A DNA stretch of 64,000 nucleotides from an uncultured Armatimonadia bacterium (GTDB lineage Bacteria > Armatimonadota > Zipacnadia > CAVVLO01): positions 918,452-982,451 of the forward strand of contig CAVVLO010000001.1 in NCBI GenBank assembly GCA_963749155.1. Reading direction: 5' to 3'. Position 1 is the first letter of the stretch, and each line of letters opens with the position of its first letter. The translations under genes and the position numbers were made by a program. Positions 12,012 to 23,621 of this stretch are shown piece by piece. The notes beneath the pieces were generated by a model, which saw only the letters and a list, made by a program, of their open reading frames with translations, searched no databases and was not told the DNA's origin.

Positions 12012-13280
12012 CCTACGAACAAGCCGTAGAATGGCTTGAGGAAGCGTTGCGTTTTGGGCCCGGCATCAAGCCGGGCCTCGAACGCATCGAGGCCTTGTGC
12101 GAGCGCCTTGGCCACCCTGAGCGCGCCTTCCGCAGCACTCTGGTCGCTGGCACCAACGGCAAAGGCACTGTCACGGCGACCCTCTCGGCGTTGCTCTCTT
12201 CCCTCGGCCACAAGACCGCCGCTTACTTCTCGCCTCACCTGGTCAGCTACTGTGAAAGGTATCGCATCGAAGGGGCCGATGTAACACCGGAAGACTTTAC
12301 CTCGGCCATCGCCGAGGTGGCTTCGGTCGCCCCCTCGATGGAAGAACCTCCAACGCCCTTCGAGGCCTTAACCGGCGCGGCTTTTCTCCTCTTTCAGGCA
12401 AAGGGCGTCGAAGAGGCGGTTTTGGAAATCGGGATGGGCGGTAAAGGCGATGCCACCAACATCGTCTCGCCGGCCCTCTCGGTCATCACGCATATCGCAT
12501 TAGACCATTCCGAATGGCTCGGAGAAAGCCTGGAAGCCATCGCCTTGGAAAAGGCTGGCATTATGCGCGCGGGGGTACCAGTAATTCTTGGCCAAAGCGC
12601 CGAAGAGGCGCAATTGGCCTTGCGAGGTGCAGCTCGGCAGCTTGGCGCCCAGGTTTCTGAGGCGGGGAAGGACTTCACCTTCGGCCGGGTAGAACTCTCC
12701 GAGGCCGGCACGAGCTTCGATTATGCAAGCGAGGGCCTGGAAGGGCGTTTCACCACACCGCTAATCGGTCTGGCTCAGGCTCATAACACGGCACTCGCCC
12801 TTCAGGCCGCTGAATTGCTCGCCGGACCTTTTGCCTCAGAACAGGCCCAGGCGGGTCTTGACCAGGTGCGGCTGCCAGCGCGTTTCGAAGTACGTAAACT
12901 GGGCAGGAAAACAATCATCCTCGATGTCGGGCATAATCCTGATGCCATCGCTACCTTTATCAGCACCTGGCGCGCTGTCTTCGGCAAGCAGCGTTGCGCG
13001 CTGGTTTTCGGTGCGATGAAGGACAAGGACTGGCGCGAGGCGCTGCGCCAGCTTGCGCCTATCTGCCTGCGCTCTGTATGCCTGTCAGGCCGCCGGCATG
13101 AGGCCTGCTTCCTCTGGCGAGCTTGCGCATTTCGCGTCCGAGGCCGGCTTTGAGGCCGTTTTGGACTCGGGTTCAGTTGAACAGGCGGCTGCAGCCGCGC
13201 TTGCTGACGAGGCCAGGTTGGTCGCTATTGTTGGCTCTCACTATGTAGTTGGTGAAGCTCTGCAGGCAGGGCTAGGTTAG
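12008..13280 (+). CDS. folC: Folylpolyglutamate synthase/dihydrofolate synthase (frameshift near 13070)
   Basis: VAGTNGKGT, SPHL, EIGMGG, DVGHNPD, GSHYVVGE; canonical valS-folC pairing. Confidence 0.92.
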
Positions 13281-13379
13281 CAAAACTTTTCAACTTTTTT
13301 CGCGGATGTAACCAACCAGACCCAGTTCTGGCACGCCTCTTGCATATTCTCCCTGCAGCGTCTGAAGGGAGGTTGAGCT

Positions 13380-14102
13380 ATGCACCAACGTATTCTGGTA
13401 GTAGATGATGAGGCCGAGATCCTCGAGGTTATTGGCCAGGTATTGATCCAGCATGGTTTCGATGTGACATCGACGACCCTGGGCAGAGAAGCCCTGCGCC
13501 TTGCGGGCGAGATTGAGCCCGAGGCAGTCATCCTCGATGTGCGCCTGCCTGATATGGATGGCATCGACGTATGCCGCGCCATCAGGAAAGGCTCTACGGT
13601 GCCAATCCTGATGATGACAGGGGTCGCCAAGGAAGAGTTCGATCGGGTGCTTGGGCTGGAGATAGGCGCTGACGATTATCTCTGCAAGCCCTTCCACCTG
13701 CGCGAACTCGTAGCCCGCACCAAGGCGCTCATCCGGCGCAATCAGGAATGGACCGCTCCCCCCGCGGCCAGGCACGAGCCCGAATTGCAACTTGGCAACC
13801 TGCGCCTCAGCCCCTTGCGCCATGAGGTCTGGCGCGGCAGCGAGCAAGTCCGACTGACCCCCAAGGAGTTCGAACTACTCGAATACCTGATGAAACAGCG
13901 CGGGGTGGCGCTGACCAGGGGCGAGTTGCTCAAACGCATCTGGGGGCTCGAGCTAAATATCAGCACACGCACTCTGGATGTCCATATCCGCCGCCTGAGG
14001 TCCAAGCTGGAAGAGGATCCCGACAATCCTCTGCTGATTGAGACCATCCCAGGCATTGGCTACAAGCTGGTAGAGCAGCAAGTGCTTGCCGAAGTGGAGT
14101 AG
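13380..14102 (+). CDS. OmpR/PhoB family DNA-binding response regulator
   Basis: REC domain (VVDDE, LDVRLP, GADDYLCKPF) plus winged helix (TRTLDVHIRRLRSKLE...GIGY). Confidence 0.93.
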   Translation: MHQRILVVDDEAEILEVIGQVLIQHGFDVTSTTLGREALRLAGEIEPEAVILDVRLPDMDGIDVCRAIRKGSTVPILMMTGVAKEEFDRVLGLEIGADDYLCKPFHLRELVARTKALIRRNQEWTAPPAARHEPELQLGNLRLSPLRHEVWRGSEQVRLTPKEFELLEYLMKQRGVALTRGELLKRIWGLELNISTRTLDVHIRRLRSKLEEDPDNPLLIETIPGIGYKLVEQQVLAEVE

Positions 14103-14200
14103 TCCTGACCAAAACAAGGGGGCGCCTTCGGGCGCCCAGCCTTGATAGCCACGCCAAGGGACGCTTATAATGGGAGTTGGTAGCGTCGAGCTATCAAAGG

Positions 14201-15216
14201 ATGGCTCCCATGGCACCCAAAGTAGGCATCCCGCGGGCGTTGCACTATTACAATTATTTCCCGCTTTGGAAGACCTTCTTCACCGAACTGGGCGCGAAGG
14301 TGGTCCTTTCGCCACCTACCAATCGCCGAGTATTGGATGCCGGGGTCAAACATGCCTCCAGTGAAGTCTGCCTTCCAGTAAAGGTCTATCTGGGTCATAT
14401 AGACGCCTTGCGCCATGAGGTAGATTATCTGTTTCGTGCCGCGCCTGGTGACCCTCGAAAAAGACGCTTACACCTGCCCCAAATATATTGGCCTGCCCGA
14501 TTTGGTGCGCCACGCTTACCTGGACTTGCCACCTCTTATTGCGCCTCTCGTGGATGTTAAAAATCGTCCTGTGACCGCCGTTACCAGCGTGTTGAACGCT
14601 GGAATAAAGCTGGAAGGTAATCCCCTGCGCATCTGGCGCGCCCATAAACGCGGCATACTGGTTCAGCAGGCTTTTGAGGCAGCACTCGAGCGTGGGGTAG
14701 ACCTTAATCTGGCCCTTCAAACAGCCGAATCTCTCGGGCCGGCCGAATTCCTGGCTCAGGTAAAGAGGTTGCCAGCTCTCTGCCCTGGAGGCTGGGCTGA
14801 AGGTCGCCGTACTCGGCCATGAATACAATCTTTATGATGACCTGGTCAGTCAGCGCCTGGTTGCCAAGCTCAAGTCGATGGGAGCCACTGTCGTCACTGG
14901 CAAATCGGTCTCGCGCGCCCAAATCAAAGCTTCCCTCTCGCGCCTTGGCAAGACTCTGTTCTGGACCTTCGAGCGCGAGCTGCTGGGGGCAGCCTTCCAC
15001 TTCCTTGATGATCCGACAATTGCCGGAGTAATCAACGTGGCCTCCTTTGAATGTGGCCCTGATTCTATGATCGACCAGTTGCTTGAATACGAGCGCTCCG
15101 AGCAGGCTTGTGCCCCTATGCTCAAACTCACCCTTGATGAGCATACAGGCGAGGCTGCCCTTGATACCCGGCTTGAAGCCTTCGTCGATATGTTGAAACG
15201 CGCGAGGACAGGATGA
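14201..15216 (+). CDS. Acyl-CoA dehydratase activase-related protein (DUF2229-like; two frameshifts)
   Basis: KVGIPRAL, EVCLPVKVYLGH, CPKYIGLPD, SFECGPDS, LTLDEHTGEAALDTRLEAF across three ORFs. Confidence 0.8.
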
Positions 15217-16310
15217 GCGCTGGCTCCAGGCGTGTCACTTGTCCTCATATGGGCCATCTCTACCTGGGGATGCGCGCCATTGCCAGGCGCGCCGGCGTGG
15301 AATATATCGAGCCTCCCAGGCCCAATAAGGCTTGCCTCGAGCTAGGCGCGAAGTATTCGCCCGAGTTTGCCTGTCTTCCCCTCAAGGTAAATGTTGGGAC
15401 CTATATCCAGGCTCTTGAACAAGGCGCCGATACTCTCATCCAGGGCGGGGGCACTGGCCCTTGTCGGTTTGGATATTATGGCGAAGTCCAGACGCGCATA
15501 CTCCGCAAGCTCGGTTACGACTTCGAGCTGCTGGTGGTAGAAGCCCCCGATAATGGCGACTGGAAGGCCTTTGCTCATCGAATCCGCGCGATAAATCCCA
15601 GGCTGGGCTGGCTGGGCTGGCTGGACGCTCTGCTTTTTGGCGCAGCCAAAGTAGCCGCGGCAGATCGGCTGGAAGCTTATTCCTATTGGGTACGCCCCCG
15701 AGAAACTGAGTTGGGTGCTACTTCAGCAGCCCTTAAGAAGGCTCTCGAGTGGATTGATGAAGCCGCTTCCAGAAAACTTCTGAAGCAAGCCGAAAAGGCA
15801 GGACGCGCTTTACTTGAGGCCGTACCTATCAACCAGGCAGTGGCTCCACCAAAGCTGCTGCTCGTGGGCGAAATCTACGTTGTCCTCGAACCTTTCGTCA
15901 ATATGAACGCCCCAGTCTTGCTGGGAGAGCTGGGTATCGAAGTCACAACCAAACTCTGCCTGAGTAGCTGGGTGCGAGAACATCTCCTGCTGGGGCCTCT
16001 CGGGCTGGGTTCTCGTCGATTCAAGCTGGCTGCCAAGCCTTTCCTGGGGTATCCGGTTGGGGGAGAGGGCCTTGAGAGTGTTGGCTATTCTGTAATGGCT
16101 GCGCGGGAGGGGATAGATGGCATCGTGCATCTGATGCCCTTTACCTGTATGCCCGAGACCATCGCGGCCAGTGCACTTGATAGAATCGGGCAGCTTTATG
16201 AGGTGCCGATACTGCGGCTTGTTTTCGATGAACAGACAGGTGAGGCGGGAGTCAAGACCAGACTCGAGGCCTTTGCCGACTTATTGAAGCGTTGTAAAGT
16301 TAGAAATTAG
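15213..16310 (+). CDS. CoA-substrate enzyme activase-associated / 2-hydroxyacyl-CoA dehydratase-like protein
   Basis: SPEFACLPLK, GPCRFGYY, PFTCMPE, DEQTGEAGVKTRLEAF. Confidence 0.8.
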   Translation: MSAGSRRVTCPHMGHLYLGMRAIARRAGVEYIEPPRPNKACLELGAKYSPEFACLPLKVNVGTYIQALEQGADTLIQGGGTGPCRFGYYGEVQTRILRKLGYDFELLVVEAPDNGDWKAFAHRIRAINPRLGWLGWLDALLFGAAKVAAADRLEAYSYWVRPRETELGATSAALKKALEWIDEAASRKLLKQAEKAGRALLEAVPINQAVAPPKLLLVGEIYVVLEPFVNMNAPVLLGELGIEVTTKLCLSSWVREHLLLGPLGLGSRRFKLAAKPFLGYPVGGEGLESVGYSVMAAREGIDGIVHLMPFTCMPETIAASALDRIGQLYEVPILRLVFDEQTGEAGVKTRLEAFADLLKRCKVRN

Positions 16311-16328
16311 CCTTGACAAAGGGAGCTT

Positions 16329-17294
16329 ATGGACGTTTTTCTTGGGATAGATGTAGGTTCGGTCAGCACTAATCTGGCCGCTCTGGATTCAGCAGGCCAG
16401 GTGCTGGCGACGGTCTACCTGCGCACGGGCGGAGGGCCGATAAAGGCCATCCAGCGTGGCGTGGCCGAACTGCGCGGTAAACTGCCGGACTCGACCCAGG
16501 TGCTTGGCGCAGGGGCTACCGGCAGCGCTCGCACCTTGACAGGAGCGCTTATAGGCGCCGATGTCGTGAAAAACGAGATAACCGCTCATGCGGTGGCAGA
16601 TTGCGCGCTGGTGCCTGCCGTGCGCACCATAATCGAGATAGGCGGGCAGGACTCCAAGATCATCCTCGTGCGCGATGGTGTCCCTGTCGATTTCGCTATG
16701 AATACCGTCTGCGCGGCTGGCACAGGCAGCTTTCTTGATCATCAGGCCGAAAGGCTTGGAGTACCTATTGAAGACTTTGGCGACTATGCCTTGAGAGCTG
16801 CGCAGGCCGTCCGCATAGCTGGCCGCTGCACTGTCTTTGCCGAGTCGGATATGATCCACAAGCAGCAACTAGGAGTGCCGCGCGAAGAGATAATCAGAGG
16901 ACTTTGTGAGGCCCTCGTGCGAAATTATCTGACCAATGTCGCAAAGGGGAAGGAGTTGCTGCCTCCAGTTGTCTTCGAAGGGGGCGTTGCAGCCAATAAA
17001 GGCATCCGGAAGGCCTTTGAAGAGGCGCTTGGGCTGGAAGTTTTTGTCCCGGAACACTACGGTGAGATGGGCGCTATTGGCGCTGCGATGCTTGCCCAGG
17101 AAGAATATGCCGGCAAAGGCGCGCCGACGCGTTTCAAAGGCTTCGAACTGGCCGAGGCGGCTTTCACGGCCAAAGTCTTCGAGTGTGAAGGCTGTTCCAA
17201 TTACTGTGAAATAACCAGCGTCTACGAAGGAGAAACACTTATTGGTCGCTGGGGTGGACGATGTGGCCGCTGGGACCTTTCCCGAACGCCTTAG
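16329..17294 (+). CDS. Acyl-CoA dehydratase activase (HgdC-like ASKHA ATPase)
   Basis: GIDVGSVST, IEIGGQDSK, MNTVCAAGTGSFL, RCTVFAESD, C-terminal CxxCxNxC. Confidence 0.9.
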   Translation: MDVFLGIDVGSVSTNLAALDSAGQVLATVYLRTGGGPIKAIQRGVAELRGKLPDSTQVLGAGATGSARTLTGALIGADVVKNEITAHAVADCALVPAVRTIIEIGGQDSKIILVRDGVPVDFAMNTVCAAGTGSFLDHQAERLGVPIEDFGDYALRAAQAVRIAGRCTVFAESDMIHKQQLGVPREEIIRGLCEALVRNYLTNVAKGKELLPPVVFEGGVAANKGIRKAFEEALGLEVFVPEHYGEMGAIGAAMLAQEEYAGKGAPTRFKGFELAEAAFTAKVFECEGCSNYCEITSVYEGETLIGRWGGRCGRWDLSRTP

Positions 17295-17349
17295 GGGCAG
17301 GCCGGGGGCACGTTTCGACAAAGTTTTTGAAAATCCTTCTGCCAGACCA

Positions 17350-17378
17350 TTGACCTCTTCGAAAGGGGCTCCTATAAT
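17350..17378 (+). promoter_or_regulatory. Sigma-70/A-type promoter upstream of sigH
   Basis: TTGACC-17bp-TATAAT. Confidence 0.7.
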
Positions 17379-17570
17379 TTGCCTTAGCGAGGACAGATGG
17401 GCCTGTACCCTAAAATTACTACGCAGACTAAGCCGCAGAAAGGTATAAGCCTTTGGGGAAAGCCACCACAACGACGCTCGCGCTGGGAGGTGAACACCTC
17501 TAGAGCTCTCTCGGTCTCTTCGTTCGGTCGAATTTTTTCTTATTCACCACCGATTTGGAGGAGAAGCTGA

Positions 17571-18242
17571 ATGGCGCAGCCCCGAGCGGCGGTCTCGGTT
17601 TCTAATTATGTAACTATGCGAGACGAGGAAATTGTCGCGATGGCCAAGTGTGGCGATGACCTGGCGACGAAATACCTCCTTAGAAAGTATAGAGGTCTTG
17701 TAGAAGGCAAAGCACGGAATTACTTCCTGGCAGGCGCGGACCACGAAGACGTGGTGCAGGAAGGGATGATTGGGCTCTACAAGGCGGTCAGGGATTACAA
17801 CCCTGACAAACTTGCTGCTTTCCACTCTTTTGCCGAACTTTGCATCACCAGGCAAATCATCACTGCGGTCAAAACTGCCAGCAGGCAGAAGCATGTAGCT
17901 CTCAACACCTGTGTTTCCCTCGAAGCTCCAATTGGCGATGAAGACTCCTCTCGCACCCTTAGCGAAACTCTCGGCGAACCCTCAAGTGGCGATCCGGAGC
18001 GGGTCTTGATTAGCAAGCAGTTTGCCAAGGAGATCATCCGGCGCATCAAGCGCGAGCTAAGCGAACTGGAAGCAAGCGCTCTGCAGCATTATCTCGACGG
18101 TAAGTCCTACCAGGAGATCGCTGGCTGTCTTGGGCGTCATATGAAACAGGTTGACAATGCCTTGCAGCGGGCCAAGCGGAAGATTGCTCGCACGATAGAT
18201 TCTCTGCATGAAGGATGCAACATACCTGAAGAATTCGCTTGA
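17571..18242 (+). CDS. sigH: RNA polymerase sigma factor SigH (sporulation-type)
   Basis: QEGMIGLYKAVRDY, FAELCITRQIITAVKTASRQKH, SYQEIA...KQVDNALQRAKRK; located upstream of the tuf/rpmG/secE/nusG cluster. Confidence 0.9.
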   Translation: MAQPRAAVSVSNYVTMRDEEIVAMAKCGDDLATKYLLRKYRGLVEGKARNYFLAGADHEDVVQEGMIGLYKAVRDYNPDKLAAFHSFAELCITRQIITAVKTASRQKHVALNTCVSLEAPIGDEDSSRTLSETLGEPSSGDPERVLISKQFAKEIIRRIKRELSELEASALQHYLDGKSYQEIAGCLGRHMKQVDNALQRAKRKIARTIDSLHEGCNIPEEFA

Positions 18243-18248
18243 GAGCCG

Positions 18249-18276
18249 TTGACTCGCTGGCAGGTTGTGCTATAAT
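18249..18276 (+). promoter_or_regulatory. Promoter of tRNA-tuf operon
   Basis: TTGACT-16bp-TATAAT with extended -10 TG. Confidence 0.6.
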
Positions 18277-18304
18277 CCTGCCGCAAACGTGTAACGGCCG
18301 AAGC

Positions 18305-18379
18305 GCCGGCGTAGCTCAGTGGTAGAGCAGCTGATTTGTAATCAGCTGGTCATCCGTTCGAATCGGATCGTCGGCTCCA
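18305..18379 (+). tRNA. tRNA-Thr (TGT)
   Basis: Cloverleaf, anticodon arm CTGAT-TTGTAAT-CAG, GTTCGAAT T-loop, 3' CCA. Confidence 0.95.
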
Positions 18380-18437
18380 TTGTCGATAGAACCCTTAGCC
18401 CGCGCCTGCCGTGGCGCGGGCTGTTGTTGAGGCTAGT

Positions 18438-18523
18438 GGAGGGATACCCGAGTGGCCAAAGGGGGCAGACTGTAAATCTGCTGGCGTAAGCCTACGGAGG
18501 TTCAAATCCTCCTCCCTCCACCA
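18438..18523 (+). tRNA. tRNA-Tyr (GTA)
   Basis: GCAGACTGTAAATCTGC anticodon arm, long variable arm, 3' CCA. Confidence 0.95.
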
Positions 18524-18560
18524 TCTCGCCCAACTTAATACTTGACTAACGGGCTGTCAG

Positions 18561-18636
18561 GCCCACGTAGCTCAGTCGGCAGAGCGTGTCCTTGGTAAGG
18601 ACAAGGTCACCGGTTCGATCCCGGTCGTGGGCTCCA
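18561..18636 (+). tRNA. tRNA-Thr (GGT)
   Basis: TGTCCTTGGTAAGGACA anticodon arm, GGTTCGATCC, 3' CCA. Confidence 0.95.
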
Positions 18637-18738
18637 CTTGTGCCTGTTGGTCGTCCGTGGTACCATTCGGCGGCACTGCAAGACATGCCTTGCTCGGCTG
18701 AGGGCCGGTTAGGTCTATAGAGTGGGAGGAATCCAGGA

Positions 18739-19941
<1,203 letters not shown>

Positions 19942-19962
19942 GCAAGCTGGGAGTGAATAGAA

Positions 19963-20127
19963 GTGCCAGCCGAACTGATAGTACTTGAATGTGACGTGTG
20001 CAAAGCGCTTAACTTTGTTAAGGGCAAGAACAAGCGGACTATGGGCAATAAAAAGTTGGCGTTCAACAAGTTTTGCCCGACTTGCCGCAAGCACACTGCT
20101 CACAAAGAAACGAGACTGCGCGACTAG
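19963..20127 (+). CDS. rpmG: 50S ribosomal protein L33 (zinc-binding type; absent from ORF track)
   Basis: Manual translation MPAELIVLECDVCKALNFVKGKNKRTMGNKKLAFNKFCPTCRKHTAHKETRLRD; canonical position. Confidence 0.92.
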   Translation: MPAELIVLECDVCKALNFVKGKNKRTMGNKKLAFNKFCPTCRKHTAHKETRLRD

Positions 20128-20142
20128 CGCTGTCTGCTATGC

Positions 20143-20218
20143 AGGCCTGTAGCTCAATTGGCAGAGCGGCGGTCTCCAAAACCGTAGGTTGCAGGTTCAA
20201 GTCCTGTCAGGCCTGCCA
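20143..20218 (+). tRNA. tRNA-Trp (CCA)
   Basis: GCGGTCTCCAAAACCGT anticodon arm, 3' CCA, lies between rpmG and secE. Confidence 0.95.
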
Positions 20219-20238
20219 TCCTCTTTCGGGGAACCTTT

Positions 20239-20457
20239 ATGAATGAGAAGAAAGCAAATATCTTTGTACGCGCTTACAAGGCAGTCACTGGTTTCTTCAG
20301 CGACGTGTATGCTGAGGTTACCCGAGTGGTCTGGCCGTCGCGTGAAGATCTGACCACCTTGACCGGAGTAGTGCTTATTGCGGTCATCACGGTGGGAGCT
20401 TTTGTTGCAATACTAACCCTCATCTTTGAGGCGATTTTCTCGCACATCGGTGTGTAG
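20239..20457 (+). CDS. secE: Preprotein translocase subunit SecE
   Basis: EVTRVVWPSR followed by one TM helix; upstream of nusG. Confidence 0.92.
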   Translation: MNEKKANIFVRAYKAVTGFFSDVYAEVTRVVWPSREDLTTLTGVVLIAVITVGAFVAILTLIFEAIFSHIGV

Positions 20458-20481
20458 AAACGGAGCGTCAGTGAGCAGCCA

Positions 20482-20997
20482 ATGAAGTGGTTCGCAGTCC
20501 ATACCCTTACAGGGCAAGAGAACAAGGTGCAGCGCAGCATCGAGCGGCTTGCAAAAACCGCTGGACTGAGTCGCAGCATCGGGCGCGTTCTTGTGCCGAC
20601 TGAAGAGGAAATCAAGATGAGTGGGGGCAAGAAGCGCCGCATCAAGCGGAAGGTCTTCCCCGGCTACATCCTGGTCCAGGCCGAACTCGACGACGCAACG
20701 TGGCATTTCATACGTAACACCGCGGGTGTTACGGGATTCGTTGGAAGCGGGCGCAGGCCTGTGCCCCTGGTAGATGGCGAAGTGCAGGCTATCCTGCGTC
20801 GCATCGGAGAGGGCGGCAAGCCGCGTATTGCATACACCGAAGGGGAAACTGTGCGTATTATCCATGGTCCCTTCGAGCAACAGGCGGGGAAGGTCGAAGA
20901 GGTCTTCCCGCAGCGCGAGAAGCTGCGCGTCCTGGTCTCGGTCTTCGGACGCGAGACTCCCGTGGAGCTCGATTTCGCGCATGTAGAGAAGCTTTAG
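20482..20997 (+). CDS. nusG: Transcription termination/antitermination factor NusG
   Basis: WFAVHT, FPGYILV, GVTGFVG, KOW motif, [11 protein letters not shown]. Confidence 0.97.
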   Translation: MKWFAVHTLTGQENKVQRSIERLAKTAGLSRSIGRVLVPTEEEIKMSGGKKRRIKRKVFPGYILVQAELDDATWHFIRNTAGVTGFVGSGRRPVPLVDGEVQAILRRIGEGGKPRIAYTEGETVRIIHGPFEQQAGKVEEVFPQREKLRVLVSVFGRETPVELDFAHVEKL

Positions 20998-21011
20998 GAC
21001 GGTGAGTTCCG

Positions 21012-21437
21012 TTGGCAAAGAAAGTACTGGCCAAGGTTAGGCTGCAGATAAATGCGGGTCAGGCAAATCCTGCTCCCCCGGTCGGCAGCGCGCTAGGGCC
21101 TCATGGCATAAACCTTATGGAGTTCTGTAAGTCTTTCAATGAGAAGACGCAGAAGCAGGTTGGCCTGATCATCCCTTGTGACATTACGATTTATGCGGAT
21201 CGCAGCTTCAGCTTTCTGTTGAGGACTCCACCCGCAGCTGTGCTGCTGAAGAAAGCAGCCGGCATCCCGAAAGGGTCAAGCGCCAATGTACGTGAGAAAA
21301 TCGGCACCGTTACCATGGCTCAAGTCAGAGAGATTGCCCAGAGCAAGCTCGTAGATTTGAACACGGACGATCTGGACGCCGCTTCACGCATCATCCTCGG
21401 AACGGCTCGCAGTATGGGCCTTACCGTGACCGACTAA
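21012..21437 (+). CDS. rplK: 50S ribosomal protein L11
   Basis: [15 protein letters not shown]...GTARSMG. Confidence 0.97.
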   Translation: MAKKVLAKVRLQINAGQANPAPPVGSALGPHGINLMEFCKSFNEKTQKQVGLIIPCDITIYADRSFSFLLRTPPAAVLLKKAAGIPKGSSANVREKIGTVTMAQVREIAQSKLVDLNTDDLDAASRIILGTARSMGLTVTD

Positions 21438-21454
21438 CGAGGTGCACCGGTAAG

Positions 21455-22141
21455 ATGGCTATCCACGGCAAGAAATACAATGAGAAACTCGCGCTGGTCG
21501 ATCGGACTGCGCGTTACACCTTCGATGAGGCGCTTGCGCTTATTCGGAAATCGACCCTGGTTGGCTTCGATGCCAGCCTGGACGTTGCCATCAACCTGGG
21601 CATCGATGCCAAGTCGGGCGAACAGAGGGTGCGCGGCACCGTAGTGCTTCCCTATGGCACCGGGCGGGTTCCCAAGGTCGCCGTATTCGCTCAGGGCGAG
21701 GCCGCTCGCGCAGCTCAGGAAGCTGGCGCCGACGTAGTTGGCGCTGATGACCTGGTCGCTCAGATCGAATCTGGTTGGGCTGATTTCGACATCCTGGTCG
21801 CTCATCCCGATATGATGAAGTCTGTCGGCCGTCTCGGTCGCACCCTTGGCCCCAAAATGCCCAACCGCAAGGCTGGCACAGTGGCTGATGACCTGGGCGC
21901 CGCCATCGCAGAGCTTAAAGCAGGACGGCTGGAGTTCAAGAACGAGCGCGCTGGTATCGTGCATTCGGTCTTCGGGAAGCTTTCCTTTACTGATGAGCAG
22001 CTCACCGAGAACTTCAACGCGCTGCTTGATGCGATTCGTCGCTCCAAGCCCGCCACTTCAAAGGGCCGTTTCATCAAGGCCATCACGATTTCAAGCAGCA
22101 TGTCGCCTGGTATCAAGCTGGACGTGTCCAGCTTCATATAA
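21455..22141 (+). CDS. rplA: 50S ribosomal protein L1
   Basis: VRGTVVLPYGTG, LGPKMPNRKAGTV, SSSMSPG. Confidence 0.97.
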   Translation: MAIHGKKYNEKLALVDRTARYTFDEALALIRKSTLVGFDASLDVAINLGIDAKSGEQRVRGTVVLPYGTGRVPKVAVFAQGEAARAAQEAGADVVGADDLVAQIESGWADFDILVAHPDMMKSVGRLGRTLGPKMPNRKAGTVADDLGAAIAELKAGRLEFKNERAGIVHSVFGKLSFTDEQLTENFNALLDAIRRSKPATSKGRFIKAITISSSMSPGIKLDVSSFI

Positions 22142-22178
22142 TCGGTCTTCTCGACGACCAGCCTCATCCAATTGAATA

Positions 22179-22300
22179 GCCATAGACAGCAGGTCGCAAT
22201 TGCGTAAACCCTTTTTGGGGTCCTGCCGAGGCGCACAGTAACCGCAACCTGGGGAGCCTGGCTCCCTTCTGTGCCCCGGCAGCTGGCCGGGGCATTTTTG
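22179..22300 (+). promoter_or_regulatory. L10 ribosomal protein leader with attenuator hairpin
   Basis: CCATAGACAGCAGG...TAAA...CCTGCCGAGG consensus-like core, then TGCCCCGGC-AGCTG-GCCGGGGCA-TTTTT before rplJ. Confidence 0.8.
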
Positions 22301-22318
22301 TTAGGGAGGTGAAGTACA

Positions 22319-22840
22319 TTGCTGAAAGCCGCGAAAGGCGCAGTAGTAGAGCAACTCAAAGAACAGGTAGCTGCCTGTGATGGGATTATTCTCGTCGATT
22401 ACAAGGGGCTTACTGTCGCCGCGCTCAGCAGGCTTCGTACCGAGTTGAAGCCGATGGGTGTCAAAATCCAGGTGCTGAAGAACCGGTTGTTTACGCTGGC
22501 TACCCAGGGCACAGCTGCCGAAGCTATCGGAGCTGGCCTTGAGGAAACTACCGCCGCCCTATTCGTCAAGGGCGAAGTACCGGAAGTTGCCAGGGCGATG
22601 GAGAAATTCGTCAAGGATTTCCCACAACTTAAGCTCAAGCGCGCTCTGTTCGAAGGCGAGTATATTGATGAGAAGCGCGTTGATGTCTTGCCGAAGCTGC
22701 CTACCAGGAAGGATCTGGCAAGCAGTCTGGTGGGTACACTCGCAGGGCCAATCAATGGCCTCGTGCGTAGCCTGAACTACCCAATGGTAGAGCTGGTAAA
22801 TACCTTGAGTCAAATCAAAGAGAAGCAGGAAGCTGCTTAG
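22319..22840 (+). CDS. rplJ: 50S ribosomal protein L10
   Basis: [21 protein letters not shown]; synteny. Confidence 0.95.
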   Translation: MLKAAKGAVVEQLKEQVAACDGIILVDYKGLTVAALSRLRTELKPMGVKIQVLKNRLFTLATQGTAAEAIGAGLEETTAALFVKGEVPEVARAMEKFVKDFPQLKLKRALFEGEYIDEKRVDVLPKLPTRKDLASSLVGTLAGPINGLVRSLNYPMVELVNTLSQIKEKQEAA

Positions 22841-22860
22841 TTTTCCGAGGAGGAAAGAAA

Positions 22861-23247
22861 ATGACCGTAGATGAGATCATTGCTGCAATTAAAGATATGA
22901 AGGTCACCGAGCTCAACGAGCTCGTCGAGAAGCTGCAGGACGAGTTCGGCGTACAGGCTGGCGTTCCGATGATGGCCGCTGGCGCTGTCGCCGCTGCCGC
23001 CGCTCCCGCCGAAGAAGTCGAAGAGCAGACCGAGTTCGACGTGCTGCTGACCAACGCTGGCGCCAACAAGATCCAGGTTATTAAGGCCGTCCGCGAAGTC
23101 ACCAGCCTTGGCCTGAAAGAAGCCAAGGATCTGGTCGAGGCCGCCGCTGGTGGCCCGCAGGCCGTGAAGGAGGCCGTGTCGAAAGACGAGGTCGCCAAAG
23201 TCAAGGAGCTGCTCGAGGGCGCTGGCGCCACAGTAGAAGTCAAGTAA
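22861..23247 (+). CDS. rplL: 50S ribosomal protein L7/L12
   Basis: [29 protein letters not shown]. Confidence 0.98.
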   Translation: MTVDEIIAAIKDMKVTELNELVEKLQDEFGVQAGVPMMAAGAVAAAAAPAEEVEEQTEFDVLLTNAGANKIQVIKAVREVTSLGLKEAKDLVEAAAGGPQAVKEAVSKDEVAKVKELLEGAGATVEVK

Positions 23248-23340
23248 AAGACTTTTCACGGCAAGGCCTTTTGGCACGACAATTGCATATCTGCAAAGCA
23301 AGCACTCCGGCGTCCAACGTCATTTCTGAGGAAAAGTGCA

Positions 23341-23580
23341 ATGCTGCGCAGGCTGAGAGTATTAACCTGTCTCACCGTATTCGCCTTCTGTGAGATTGCA
23401 GGTTATCTGGCGGGAGCCAGGCCGACCATCGTAATGACGAGGGGACTCGTCGCGATGGCAGCGGTCTGGCTCTCGTTTCGTTTGGCAGCAGCTCTCCTCA
23501 CCTGGGTGACCTGGACGGAAACCGCCTCTGATGAAGAGACGGCTCTCGCTGGGGGCAAGGATGCCGAATCCCCTCGCTAG
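23341..23580 (+). CDS. Small hypothetical membrane protein
   Basis: Two hydrophobic segments; precedes the sigma-28 gene. Confidence 0.45.
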   Translation: MLRRLRVLTCLTVFAFCEIAGYLAGARPTIVMTRGLVAMAAVWLSFRLAAALLTWVTWTETASDEETALAGGKDAESPR

Positions 23581-23621
23581 CCTGTCCGGACGGGGGCAGC
23601 TAGGGTGAGGAGCGAGACTCG

